Shown here in pieces: positions 11,233-23,936 of a stretch of DNA of 64,000 bases. Within the stretch, counting starts at the first letter, position 1; every line of letters starts with the position of its first letter. The stretch covers positions 7,006,001-7,070,000 of the forward strand of contig OZ024747.1 in NCBI GenBank assembly GCA_964016885.1, written 5' to 3'. The stretch comes from Eledone cirrhosa (lineage: Eukaryota). The notes below the pieces were generated by a model. The model was not told the origin of the DNA and did no database searches. It saw only the letters and a list, made by a program, of their open reading frames with translations. Both the position numbers and the translations under genes were made by a program.

Positions 11233-13896
11233 TGTAGTGACCTACATTCCGCGGGCTCACATACATTCTCTATGCGTGATTTGGCTCAGTTCAGCCAATC
11301 AGCGCCAGTAGAAGAGGATGTATCCCTACGCGCCCTGAGGAAGAAATTCCCCGCGAAGATTTGAAGAATCTTCCTCTTGTACCGGAAACTTCAAGCCAGC
11401 AACACGCATAATGTAACGGTGAGATATTGCACCCTAGCCTCGCCGGCTTAACGGCGCAATGGCATATTCCCTTTTGTAACCTCTTTTTATCTGTAACTTC
11501 AACCATATAAGTTAACAAACATTGTTTGTGCTACATCAAAAATATAATCCATGCTGCTGGAATTGGCGACCTGACGAAAGGAATATTGTAAATAGATGGT
11601 AAATAGATCGAGGGACCTTCCCTCACGTCTATGTCGACAAGATAATCCAACGAGGATACTATCACTTACCACACTGGCAACTAACGAACTTTCATTCTAC
11701 TACCTGCTAAGTAACGACACTTTCAACCCTGCTAAAGTGGTGACCGACGTAAGAATTTAACGCAGCCCTTCTTTTTCATTCAGTTGAACTTTTATTGCCA
11801 CGTTGCCAACCTTTTTCGCAACTTGCGAAAATACAATATATTCCTTTCAAAATATTTTTGAAAAATTGGCAGTATTTCAAGAAATTTCAAGATGGCTACC
11901 GACAAGTCCTAACTACACTCGACAACAACAACGACAGCAGCAGCGACAGCGTTGTTTAACCACTGACCAATACAGGGAACAGCGAGTGGCAGCTTCATAG
12001 CCTTACCGACGCAAACCACCACACATCGGAAATTTCAAAACGGCTTGTAGCTTTACCGACGCAACCACCATACCTTCTGTCTCGTTACCACAGGGACTCG
12101 AGAAATTGAGACAGTAGTTTTCTCACCATTATGGCGTCAGACGTGGCTGCTATGTTTGGTGACTGCTACTCTACAGAAGATTCTTTGACTTTGCTTTAAC
12201 AATAAGCAACACAACCTTATGCCACACAAGATGGCCACGAAAACTCTCAAAAACACCATACATCTAACCCCTAACGGCATTAACAAACTTCTTTTTCAGT
12301 TTTCAGATAGAACTAGTGTCTGTACACCGGTGATGTGTGAACTATTTGACTTTGAAAAACTTTGAACTTATTGAGCAATTTCTCTGCTCCCTTAGATTGA
12401 CTTTGAATTATCAGTTTGTTACATTCACATATTTCTTTGTAGGATGCATTTACTTGTTTTGTGCTCTTTTGCCATTTGCTTGCTCATGGTTTTTGTTCAT
12501 TCACATTCTTTGCTGTTTTACATGCCTGCATATGCACACATTTTTTTATCACACACCAACATGTTGTTCTTGGTATATGTTCTTCAAACGTAATATTCTG
12601 CGAGTCCCTTTTCACCTGGTCGAGGTGCTGTCACATGCTAGCAGCTCACAGAGCTTAATCCACTGGATTCAAACAGGCACCGCAACACGAGAATACTAAT
12701 TGCAGCTGAACTCAAACAGCTTCGCATCTCGTTGCACACTGATCGTCCATGACGGCCATCCGTCTTGTTGTTTTTGCCCGACTCGCTGGGAAAGCAACAA
12801 ATTGAACTGGACTTGTCAGCGTTTCGGCCACTTCTGTGGATTCGCCCGAATTATGGAATTTACACTGCAACCCACCTACAGATTAAACTTGCCTTTTTTT
12901 CTTTACAAAGCAACCAGCCATTTTTTCCTGGCTCCCTAGCACATTCGGCAATACATCTGGGAGGCCAACATTTTCTCGCCTACCCATCATCTTCTTGCCA
13001 GCACTGGTGAACTACCATAATAGCTTCGTCCACAGCTACTGGTGCAGCACTTGCCATTGACATTTAATGCAAGAACAGCAACTTCGCCCATGTCAGACTT
13101 TATCCGTTTTTGTTAGACCTTTGGCGGTCACGTATAAACAACAAAACAACTGGTCATTTGACACAGCGGCTCAACACGGCCCGTAGCGCCTCATTTTTTT
13201 TCTTGCATGCAGCCTTCTGCTCAATTATTTTGTCACTGATGTGCTCTTTCGGCATTTGTTCTTGCTGATTTAATAATCTGTATCGACTACCGTCTAGAAA
13301 GGGGGTATTGTAGTGACCTACATTCCGCGGGCTCACATACATTCTCTATGCGTGATTTGGCTCAGTTCAGCCAATCAGCGCCAGTAGAAGAGGATGTATC
13401 CCTACGCGCCCTGAGGAAGAAATTCCCCGCGAAGATTTGAAGAATCTTCCTCTTGTACCGGAAACTTCAAGCCAGCAACACGCATAATGTAACGGTGAGA
13501 TATTGCACCCTAGCCTCGCCGGCTTAACGGCGCAATGGCACATTCCCTTTTGTAACCTATTTTTATCTGTAACTTCAACCATATAAGTTAACAAACATTG
13601 TTTGTACTACATCAAAAATAAACATACATTTCATCTCTAATTACTGCTGTTGAAATCATTATTATGTTACTCGTGTCTCAATAACATCTATAATCCATGC
13701 TGCTGGAATTGGCGACCTGACGAAAGGAATATTGTAAATAGATGGTAAATAGATCGAGGGACCTTCCCTCACGTCTATGTCAACAAGATAATCCAACGAG
13801 GATACTATCACTTACCACACTGGCAACTAATGACCCTTCAATCATCTATCCTGTTAAAGTGGGGAACACGACTACTCTATAACTAATACTGCTAAA
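11233..13896 (+). mobile_element. non-autonomous Gypsy-type LTR retrotransposon
   Basis: LTRs 11233-11736 and 13309-13896 both start TGTAGTGACC and end CTGCTAAA. TSD ACCT (11229-11232, 13897-13900). PBS-like TGGTGACCGACG at 11738-11749. PPT AGAAAGGGGG just before the 3' LTR. No intact gag/pol. Confidence 0.85.
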
Positions 13897-15050
13897 ACCT
13901 GCTGCAACAGCCCCTCCCGCCCCTCTCGTGGTTTCTGATTTAGGCTCAAGGCCAACAATTTTGGGGAAGGAGAAAGTCGAATTATCCGTATATAAGTATC
14001 TTCGACAGTCAATGATCCAACATTCTTTGACCATAGCCAACACATTGTAGTTGGTAGTACATTGTATTTATCTGTTAAATCATTGTGGCTCAGCCACAAT
14101 GATTTAACAGATAAAAATAATTAATTATTAACAACAATCGTCTGAACGATAAAAATATTTATTTACCCTTAAAATGAATTTTGATGTTTCCCACGGAATA
14201 AGAATTTTTTAAAATCCGGGCATGTGATTTCTGCTTGCGGCAGTGTTCTTTAAAACAATATACACTAATTATTTTACATAATATTTCTGTTGTTGAATAA
14301 GTGGAAGGGCGGTGGATTGGCAGAATCGGTAGAGCGTCGGATGAAATGAAATGCTCAGCATAATTTAGTTAAGACTTTCTACGTTCTGAGTTCAAATCCC
14401 GCCGAAGTCAGTTTTGCCTTTCGTTCTTCCGCGGTCGATAAAATAAAGTACTAGTAAAGAACTGGAGTCGATGTAATTTGAGGGCGTCCCTAGGTAATTT
14501 CATTCGTCCATTAATGTCTTTGTTGCTTGGTGCACTTTAACTTTATCATTAATTAGCTAAAAAGAGTGACTGTTTGGCAAAACGAAACGAAAAATAATGT
14601 AAAGTTGAAGATAGCACATACCATTATTAAAAGTGCAATGTCAGAATTGTAAGGAAAATTTACAGAAGATATTCAAATCTTTCAAAATAATATCTATTTC
14701 TTTTGATGAGACATAACGTCAGTTTCGTGTAAAACTAAGGTATTATATTTCATGGAAAATGTTTAATCTTGGAGCAGGATATAAGTGATGGAATTGACAA
14801 AAGTATGCTGTAGGATATAAGGGATGGAATTGACAAACGTATGCTTTTATAGCAAAGTCTGTGCTAATGTATTTGATATATTAGAGCAAGAGATTTCAAT
14901 TAATTTAAACCACACTCGGAAAGAAGAGAAAATAAACTGTAGCTATTTTATGAGAATATTAAAGATATTAAGATGAATGGGGAATGGGGAAACATACGAA
15001 ACAGAAGAAAAATAGATTGAACTTTAGAAGAAGAAAAAATGAACAACAAG

Positions 15051-15425
15051 AGGCAGGCTCTGATGTATTCTGTAACTAATCCAGGCTCTGCTGCACTTCG
15101 GGCCGTGGAGGGTAAACTCTCCCAATATCGGTCGCTCTCCGACAGGTTTGTGGTCGAGCCCGTAGCAGTGGAGATTTCTAGTGTCCTTGGCCCTAGGGCC
15201 ACCCTTCTTCCTACTAACCACCATTGGCACAGAGTTGGTTACCCGCAGATGTGAGACTCGTGAGCTGGAATGGCTCTTCCAACGCGTTTCCCTCCTCATC
15301 TTCCGGGGAAACGCCTTCTCTATTCTGTCCGCCGAGGCTGCGGGGCGGCCAGTGATAGACGAGGAGAGTGGGAAAGACGGAGGTAGTGACAGTGGGAGCT
15401 TGGTTCCTTTGTGTTCGGACTTGGT
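15051..15425 (+). mobile_element. 3' end of a CRE-type non-LTR retrotransposon
   Basis: EGKLSQYRSLSDRFVVEPVAVE...ELEWLFQRVSLLIFRGNAFSIL with a frameshift. Confidence 0.75.
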
Positions 15426-17428
15426 GTATATGTATATATATTTATTTACCGCACCACATGCTGCATACATATACAGATCTCAGGCTGTTAATTGAAAAAG
15501 TAGAAATGATGTTCTCTGATATATCTTCCACCGCTTGTTCTCGAAAGTATGGCAGCGGAGACAAAAGAGAAATCAAAATTGAAAATAAATTGCTGTTTGG
15601 ATTTATCTAGATGAAGAAAAACAAAAAAAACAACAAAAAAAAAACAAAACACAAAGACGAATTCGATCTCTGTGATTTGTTTTGGGTGGATTTCTCGCTA
15701 CTTCTTCAGATTTGTTATTGAGGTTTCTTTGCTGTTCTTCCTTTTCATCTTGAACCACAAGCAACGACACAGTCATGTTTTACGAAGGATGATAAATTAC
15801 CATTTAAATAAAGTTGGAAATACAATTACTGAAACTAAACCTGATGAAAATGTTGAGCAAAGAATATTATTTTGAGACTTTAATGTTTTCCAGTGTTTTC
15901 TCTCTTCCACCTTCTCTCGTCTGGTAACGACTTATTTGGAGATTAAGATCACCCTTTTTTGTTGAAAATCACAATTTGGTTCGGACAAAATTTTGGATGC
16001 TATAAGCCGTCCTGAAGTTAAAAGGCTAAAAATCAAAAAAGCTTATCGTAATTGTTTTACGTTCAAACGAAACAGCTCTATTCTTCGTCAAATCAGTCTG
16101 ATGGTTAAGTTTTATAGATGGTCAATTGATATGTTCGACTGTTTGACACTTCTCATTTGCAATAGCTTTGTTATATCTTAGAATGAACTGCCACACACAA
16201 TACATAAATATTTCTAATTTAGGCATAAGACCAACAATTTGTGGGAAGGAGAAAGACGATTATATCAACCTCAGTGTTTGACTGGTACTTTATTTATCGA
16301 CCTGGGAAGGATGAAAGGCAAAGTTGAATTCAGAAAAAAAAGCGCCGGAAGAAATACTGTGAAGTATTTGCCTGACGCTCTAACGACTCTGCCAATCCAC
16401 TGCCCTTCCCACACACATAGTAAAAATAAATATGTCTCTATACAAGACTCAACTGCAGTTAACTCGAAAAGAAATTTACAGCAGTTACCACCAAGTCGAG
16501 TCTATTTAGTGAAGATATACATATATACAAACATATGGATGTGAATATTGTTGTTATTGTTGTTGCTTAGTCTTAAGTCACCTCTGATCGAACATTCCTC
16601 TAATCCGAAACGTTGAAAGCTTGACAACCTTGAAAACAATCACCAGAGGAGACAAACAACAATTTGGAGACTGAAACAAACAAGAAATAGAAGTGAACAA
16701 ACAGGAAAAGTCGAATGGTTGATGGATTAACACCTACATATTCGTACATAACAATAACAGTAACTGGATCTCGGTCGTTTTCGATGATGAGCATTACAGT
16801 TCTTCAATTAAGTGACTAGCCGGCTCATTGAATTGTAAGTAATGTATGTGACAAGGCTGACTGTTTGAATTACAGGCACAACACATTAGATGGACTTCCA
16901 GACATTTTCTGTCTATCCAGTTTCACTCACAAGGCTTTGGTTGACTCGATGCCATCCAGTGTGTGTGTTGCATGTGTGTGTGTGTCTGTATGTATAACTG
17001 TATGTGTGTGTGTGTGTTGCATGTGTGTGTGTGTATGTGTGTGTAAGTGTGTGTGTTGCATGTGTGTGTGTGTATGTGGCAGGAGGTCTATTATATTGAA
17101 CAAGTCAACCGGCTATATATAATCCCTCTCAGTGGTTCGTGATGTATGTGTTAATTGGTGGATTAGCAGTATCGGTAGAGTGCCGGACGCCATGCTTTGC
17201 AGCATAGAGTTACGCCCCTTTATGGTCTGAGTTCAAATCCCGACTGGTATAGGTGGTTTACATATCATGTTTAATTTACTAATTTATGCACGTTACATAT
17301 TATGGTATATTGTCAAGACATATAACATACCTTGGTTTCGGCGAAATTTTCGCTGCGGCATAGTTTACCATTCAGAAAATGGATTTTTGCTTGAAATGAA
17401 TATTCGTCTTCTGATGCGCTTCCATAGT

Positions 17429-17596
17429 TTAAACAACTGTTGTCTCAGAATGTTCAGTTGTACTCGGTTTTCTAAGTACCATCTTTAGATATGGACGCTT
17501 GTGACCGCAAAACGCTTTCCTAATTAGAAACACGGCTGCTTGGTGACTGACACAGCGAATATCTTCATCATCAATGGAAATCAATGTCATCCCAGG
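17429..17596 (-). CDS. whirlin/PDZD7-like gene, last coding exon (PDZ C-terminal half plus ETTVV)
   Basis: Acceptor TGTGTTTTTCAG; phase 0; PGMTLISIDDEDIRCVSHQAAVFLIRKAFCGHKRPYLKMVLRKPSTTEHSETTVV*. Confidence 0.85.
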   Translation of the reverse strand, partial: PGMTLISIDDEDIRCVSHQAAVFLIRKAFCGHKRPYLKMVLRKPSTTEHSETTVV

Positions 17597-17828
17597 CTGA
17601 AAAACACAAATATGAGTATGTATACAACTAAAGTATGACTGACTACAAATATTTAAACCTGATGATGTCATCGAATTGTAGTTCAGATTGATATATATTC
17701 AATATGTACTTGAAAATGAATCGAATATTCTTATTATTATAAACTCACAAATACATTTATATATCCAGCGATGTGATAGCGAGAAACCAAATTTTGTTTA
17801 TATATTCAGACGCACACACACATATATT

Positions 17829-17920
<92 letters not shown>

Positions 17921-17959
17921 ATATTAATAAATGGAAACTATATTTATAAAACCATATTT

Positions 17960-18023
17960 ATTTTATTATACATATTTCAAGGGTAACCAAGGCAAATTAT
18001 GGTGCACTTTCATCAGATAAAAT
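17960..18023 (-). ncRNA. minimal hammerhead ribozyme motif
   Basis: Helix I ATTTTAT/ATAAAAT; CTGATGA; GAAA-TATGTA-TA; same family as 59060-59288. Confidence 0.6.
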
Positions 18024-18111
18024 ACAGATTTGTTTTATAAATAAATATTGACATACACTACTGTTGAGTGCTTTATATAAGTTATAACATTTTTTAGATT
18101 AAATATAACCT

Positions 18112-18220
<109 letters not shown>

Positions 18221-18244
18221 AAATAATAATAAATTTGTCCATCG

Positions 18245-18412
18245 ACTTTCGTCAAATCGGACCGAGGAAATAATGTTTCCGTTGGTCTTTCCAATTGCTA
18301 TCTATCGGTCGCAACTCTAGGTAGCCACGTGAAATAAAGTGTCTTGCTCAAGGACATAACACATCGCCTGGTCCAGGAATCGAACTGACAAATTCACGAT
18401 TGCGAATCCAGT
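18245..18412 (-). mobile_element. tRNA-derived SINE (CORE/V-like), second family
   Basis: B box GTTCGATTCC then TCCTTGAGCAAGACACTTTATTTCACGT; fuller copy at 29260-29465. Confidence 0.6.
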
Positions 18413-18505
18413 TCACATTTGGTAGGTCAGGCGTGATGATCACGCCTGACCTACCAAATATGCGACGGTAGCTAGTTAAGCTCTATGCGTATAAGCAGAG
18501 CAGAA

Positions 18506-18750
18506 ATATTAATGAAAAAGAACAAAGGAACTATTATGACATTATAACAAGTTTATTGCCGACAGCCGCTTCGTCCGACCATATGGTGGGACTTTTCAAG
18601 GCATATAACAGGTGATTGTAAGTTCAATGTGAACTTACAATCACCTGTTATATGCCTTGAAAAGTCCCACCATATGGTCGGACGAAACGGCTGTCGGCAA
18701 TAAACTTGTTATAATGTCATAATAGTTCCTTTGTTCTTTTTCATTAATAT
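18506..18750. mobile_element. 245-bp fold-back element with one hammerhead per arm (18557-18603 minus, 18653-18699 plus)
   Basis: Helix I TGCC/GGCA; core TTGAAAA; helix II GTCC/GGAC; GAAAC-GGCT-GTC; AATAAA; arms nearly identical; right end abuts (TA)n. Confidence 0.75.
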
Positions 18751-18757
18751 ATATATG

Positions 18758-18821
<64 letters not shown>

Positions 18822-18930
18822 AGGGCGGTGCCCCAGCATGGCCTCAGCCGGATGGCTGAAACAGGTAAAAGAGTAAAAGAGTATATATATATATATATAC
18901 ATACATACATACATACATACATACATACAT

Positions 18931-19004
<74 letters not shown>

Positions 19005-19022
19005 CATACATACATACATACA

Positions 19023-19114
<92 letters not shown>

Positions 19115-19282
19115 ATGTATGGAAATTTTGTATTTCTAAAGAAATACGGTTTTAGGAAGCCGTAGCTATGCTAACACCGAGCTCATGCCCTCTGGTGGTG
19201 TCCAACAAAAAACCGTATTTCTTTAGAAATACGAAATATCTCTACTTATTGTATAAAGCTATGCTTGAAGCGAAATCTTATT

Positions 19283-19362
<80 letters not shown>

Positions 19363-19487
19363 TTATCACATAAATACATGTGTATGTTTGTATGATGTAT
19401 GTATCTATGTATATATGTATGTATCTAGCACCCGTTTTGAGAACCTTTGGTTTAGGCCATAGCTCAGCAAAGGAAAAGAATACTTAC

Positions 19488-19582
19488 TACAATCCTCTGA
19501 GTTCGTGCTGCAGCACCTCCTGGGTGGACACTTTCTATTAAAACAGGGTTTTGTGGATCGGATCCTCGAGTAACGCTTATTC
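19488..19582 (-). CDS. whirlin/PDZD7-like gene exon (PDZ betaB-alphaA)
   Basis: CCATTTCAG acceptor, GTAAGT donor, 95 nt, phase 1 to 0: GISVTRGSDPQNPVLIESVHPGGAAARTQRIV. Confidence 0.88.
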
Positions 19583-19658
19583 CTGAAATGGCAACAATTG
19601 TTCATCATTATTCGTGATAGATAACGGTTTATGTATACGTGTTTATGTGTTTATATAT

Positions 19659-19748
<90 letters not shown>

Positions 19749-19799
19749 CAAATGAATGAATGAAGGAGTTACAAGCCGTTAAAACAAGTTCTTTATATA

Positions 19800-19840
19800 A
19801 CTCTTACACATGTTTCGCCCGCAGGGATTCCTCAGAGAAA
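19800..19840 (-). ncRNA. minimal hammerhead ribozyme motif
   Basis: TTCT-CTGAGGA-ATCCC TGC GGGC-GAAAC-ATGT-GTA-AGAG, in a ~105-bp insert between two (TA)n arrays. Confidence 0.55.
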
Positions 19841-19846
19841 TAATTG

Positions 19847-19941
<95 letters not shown>

Positions 19942-20243
19942 AGTCGACGTCAGTGTTGCGGCATATGTACAAACTTTATTTGCATATTACAATTGTTTCG
20001 ATATCGATCATCTCAGGGTACAATCAAGGTGACGGGATCCGATTCTTTTTCGACATCTTGTCAGATATGCAAGCTTATATGAGCAAAGACACATCTTATA
20101 TATATCTTTGAGGCAATTGTGTGCATAAAACACAGTTGTTTGAGTTGCAGCCGAACCCTCTTGTTCTAGACCAGATTAACGGAAAGACAGGGAGATACCT
20201 TAAAGGAAATATACATTGATAGTGATATACACCAAAGGAAATA

Positions 20244-20417
20244 TGGGTAAAATTCCGTTATAACGAATACAATTATAACGAATTTTTCCGTATAACGAAA
20301 TTTTTTTCAATCTCCGACCTTACGCTCGATGTGTTAAGTCGATCTCGTTATAAAGTATTTTTTATTACAACGAATTTTTTTATAACCCGTGAATTTCGTT
20401 ATAACGAAATTTCACTG
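20244..20417. mobile_element. pogo/Tigger-like MITE
   Basis: Right end TTCGTTATAACGAAATTTCACTG|TA, degenerate left end GTAAAATTCCGTTATAACGAA, internal TATAACGAA repeats. Confidence 0.6.
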
Positions 20418-20494
20418 TATACGTGGAAAAATTAAAAAGAAAAATGATATTCTGATGAACAGATTTTCTCTTGTGGTGTTTGGAAGAGGCTTAC

Positions 20495-20559
20495 CCAATG
20501 TCGGGTTGTTCTTAGACACATAGACTGTTATCAGCGTCTCCAATTCATCATCGTTATTA
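20495..20559 (-). CDS. whirlin/PDZD7-like gene exon (PDZ betaA)
   Basis: TTCTATTTAACAG acceptor, GTAAGC donor, 65 nt, phase 2 to 1: NNDDELETLITVYVSKNNPTL(G). Confidence 0.85.
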
Positions 20560-20797
20560 CTGTTAAATAGAAGCAGAAGAATGTATTTATTACAATAGAG
20601 GAGTCTTAACTTGAACTGTTTACAAGGCTACAATGAAATATATACAGTCTAATGGAGCCCACATTAAAGAAAATATATTTATTAAACACATTTCAAATAT
20701 ATACCTAATCTTAAAATCGCTAGCCGTTTGCAAACAAACCGTGCTTTGTGTCTCCCTATATATATATATATATACATTAGCAGAAAACCACCCTTAG

Positions 20798-20868
<71 letters not shown>

Positions 20869-20889
20869 TATATCAGACAAAGCGAGTGC

Positions 20890-20933
20890 TAAGCTCTGAT
20901 GATTACCAGCAGTATGAAACATCTATCAGCTTA
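20890..20933 (+). ncRNA. minimal hammerhead ribozyme motif
   Basis: Helix I TAAGCT/AGCTTA; CTGATGA; short helix II TAC/GTA; GAAAC-ATCT-ATC; directly after (TA)n. Confidence 0.5.
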
Positions 20934-21056
20934 TCTCCCTTTGTTTGTTGAAAAAAGAAGTAAGTGACATAGTCACTACTTTAAAATAATAGCGCAAGGT
21001 CTTCAAAATGCTTTTAATTAAGCATACAGTATATTACCAAATATACTATATATACA

Positions 21057-21130
<74 letters not shown>

Positions 21131-21276
21131 AAAATGTTCAAGACCCCGACGGCAGAGCTCAAGCCGTTTCGCCGGCTATTTCTGGACTATTTTTAGTCCA
21201 GTATTGAGTATTCTGGTGCGTTACGGTTCACCTGGTTCCTTACCACACTTCCTTCGTTATATATATATACATGGGT

Positions 21277-21347
21277 GTCGTGTTGGTGTGATGGTAACAC
21301 ATTGGTCTGACAGACCAAAGATGTGGGTTCGTTTCCCATGTATGTCA
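21277..21347 (+). pseudogene. tRNA-like sequence (pseudo-tRNA or SINE head, anticodon GAC)
   Basis: D stem GTGT/ACAC, anticodon stem TTGGT/ACCAA around CTGACAG, T stem GTGGG/CCCAT; poor acceptor stem; T-run at 21358-21366. Confidence 0.45.
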
Positions 21348-21793
21348 ATACTCATCCTTTTTTTTTCCCATTCAGAGGTTTTTTTTTTATAATCCCAACT
21401 AACAGACTAATTCTATGTAGTCAAATACGGCGTAAGCACATGTTACTACCTAATATTGGGTCGTCAAGTATGAAATTTGTAGACATTTGTTTTTTTTTCC
21501 TACAAATTTCCTACTTGACGACCCAATATGTGTGTGTGTATTTCTTTATATTTCTTCGCTGGAGGTATCTTTCACAACGAACATTAATTTAATTTTACCG
21601 AAAGGTCCAGCTTGGAGATCTAAAAGAGAAAAAGACTCACTCTAGAAAATAGTAAGCTAAGATTCACTCTTATTCACTCATCTGTTTCATCTCATTTAAT
21701 CTCATCCTCTAACCTTATACTCCATTTCAGATATACTTCGAAGAACTCCTGACATATCTGAATTGAGGTGGTAATGAGACAACATTGTCCCAA

Positions 21794-22085
21794 GATATGG
21801 TCCGAACGTGGAAGAGCCGAACTCCCACTGTCATCGCCTCCATCTCTCTCGCCCTCTCCATCTCTTTGTATGGTGAGCAAATGGGGTCTCACGTGCTGGC
21901 CGCCCCACAGCTCCGGTGAACAGAATGGAGAAGGTGTTTCCTCGGAGGATGGTAAGGGAGATGCGCTGGAAGAGCCATTCCATCTCGCGAGGCTCACACC
22001 TGCGGCTGGCCAGCTCGGCGCCTATGGTGGTAAGTAGGGAGGTAGCCCTAAGGCCAAAGACACGACTGCGAACCTGTCGGAGAAC
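21794..22085 (-). mobile_element. 3' end of a CRE-type non-LTR retrotransposon
   Basis: ATSLLTTIGAELASRRCEPREMEWLFQRISLTILRGNTFSIL. Confidence 0.75.
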
Positions 22086-22204
22086 ACTTTGATCTAAGTT
22101 TGCTAAAGACATTGATATTGCCCACGATTAATCTATATTGAAGAGATATAAATACTGTAACATGTTTATACACACAATAAAAAATAACTAATTACTCCCA
22201 ATAA

Positions 22205-22985
22205 TAATTACTTCTATGTTTTGGTACGGGGTCAGCAATTTAGAAGGAAGTGGAAAGTCGATTAAACCGACTCCAGTGTGTTACTGGTACTTTATTTTAT
22301 CGACCCTGTTAAGATGAAAGGCAAAGCTAACTTTAACGGGATTTGAATTCTGAACGTAAAGGGCCGTAACTATATGCCGCAAAACATGTTCGATGCTCTA
22401 CCGATACTGTTAACCCACCGCCATTTTACTACGAATAATGGTTGTTGATTTAGGCACAAGGCCAAACATTTTTTGTGGGGAGAGAAAAGTCGATTAAATC
22501 GAACCTAGTGCATTACTGGTGCTTTATTTTATCGACCTCATAAGTAGGAAAAGCAAAGCTAACCTCGATGGTATTTCGACTCCGAACATAAAGGGCCGTA
22601 ACTCTATGCCGCAAAGCATTTTACTCCCAATAATGATTTCTAGTATAGGCACAAGGCCAGTAATTTGGGGGGAGGGGAAAGTCGATTAAATCGACACCAG
22701 TGCGTAACTGGTACTTTATTTTATCGACCCCGTAAGGATGAAAGGCAAAGTTAACCTCGGCAGGACTTGAACTCAGAATGTAAAGGGACGTATCTCTATG
22801 CCGCAAAACATTTTACTCCCAATAATAATAATAATAATATAATTGTTTCTAATTTTGGCACAAGGCCAGCAATTATCCCAGTACATTACTGGTACTTTAT
22901 TTTATCGACCCCGTAAGGATGAAAGGCAAAGTTAACTTCGACGGGATTTGAACTCAGAACGTAAAAGGCCACAACTCTATGCTGT
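22205..22985 (-). mobile_element. head-to-tail cluster of four SINE copies
   Basis: Four repeats of GGCACAAGGCCAG...ACTGGTACTTTATTTTATCGACCCC...GGATTTGAACTCAG-like sequence. Confidence 0.75.
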
Positions 22986-22998
22986 ATATAATACATAC

Positions 22999-23104
22999 CA
23001 TTTATAATGTTTCGGCCTCACTTTTTTCATCTGTTCTGACATTTGCAGTTGTAGTTCAAGTTGTCTTCTCCTGAACTGTACCTCTCTCAGTAATGGCTGA
23101 TCCA
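22999..23104 (-). CDS. whirlin/PDZD7-like gene exon (linker)
   Basis: CTATTATTTCAG acceptor, GTATGT donor, 106 nt, phase 1 to 2: DQPLLREVQFRRRQLELQLQMSEQMKKVRPKHYK. Confidence 0.75.
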
Positions 23105-23854
23105 CTGAAATAATAGATGAGAACAATAGATGAGAAATGTCGGTTCAGTGTAGTCATGGCATTTATGAAAGATTCGTTGTTGTTATTGTGCAGCCTTTCA
23201 TTAATACTGATGGAAAACAGACACGAAGGAAAGCGTTCCAGTCGTGATAAACTTATATTTTCATAGGACACATTGCCCGCGAGACCACACTATCCAATGT
23301 GTTATATTTTCTCATGTACGGTGTGTATTGAGGGAGATTTAGTTGCTATTTCTAGCAGCTCAGGTAACTGTGGAGAAGCTCTTTCCTGGTAAAATCCAGT
23401 AGAGATGTGATTTGAGGAAGATATTTCATACAGAGGTACCCTCATTGTGGTTTTGTTGTTATTTAGATCCAAGTTAGCTGTGATCAAACCATTTGTATTA
23501 AGAGGATTTTCAGTACTTGGAGGGAAAGACACGTTTGACGTCCACACCATAATCAATAAACATGATAGGCCAGAGGAAATGTTGCACCTCTCAGAGAAAG
23601 AGAGAGAGGGGAAGGATATATAACAAAGAAATTGTGGTAAGGAACCAGGTGGGTCATAACACACCAGAGTACTCAATACTTAGGGTAGCAGAGTGGGTAA
23701 TAGGAAGAGTCAGGACCCCGACGGCTGAGCTCCGGCCGTTTCAACAGCTAGATCCGAACTAAACGAGTAGTATGGTTTAGTAGACCTTACTACTGGCTTA
23801 GTTCGGATTTAGCTGTCAAAACAGCCGGAGCTCAGCCGTCGGGGTCCTGAATCG

Positions 23855-23917
<63 letters not shown>

Positions 23918-23936
23918 CATCAATGGGTTTATTTAC

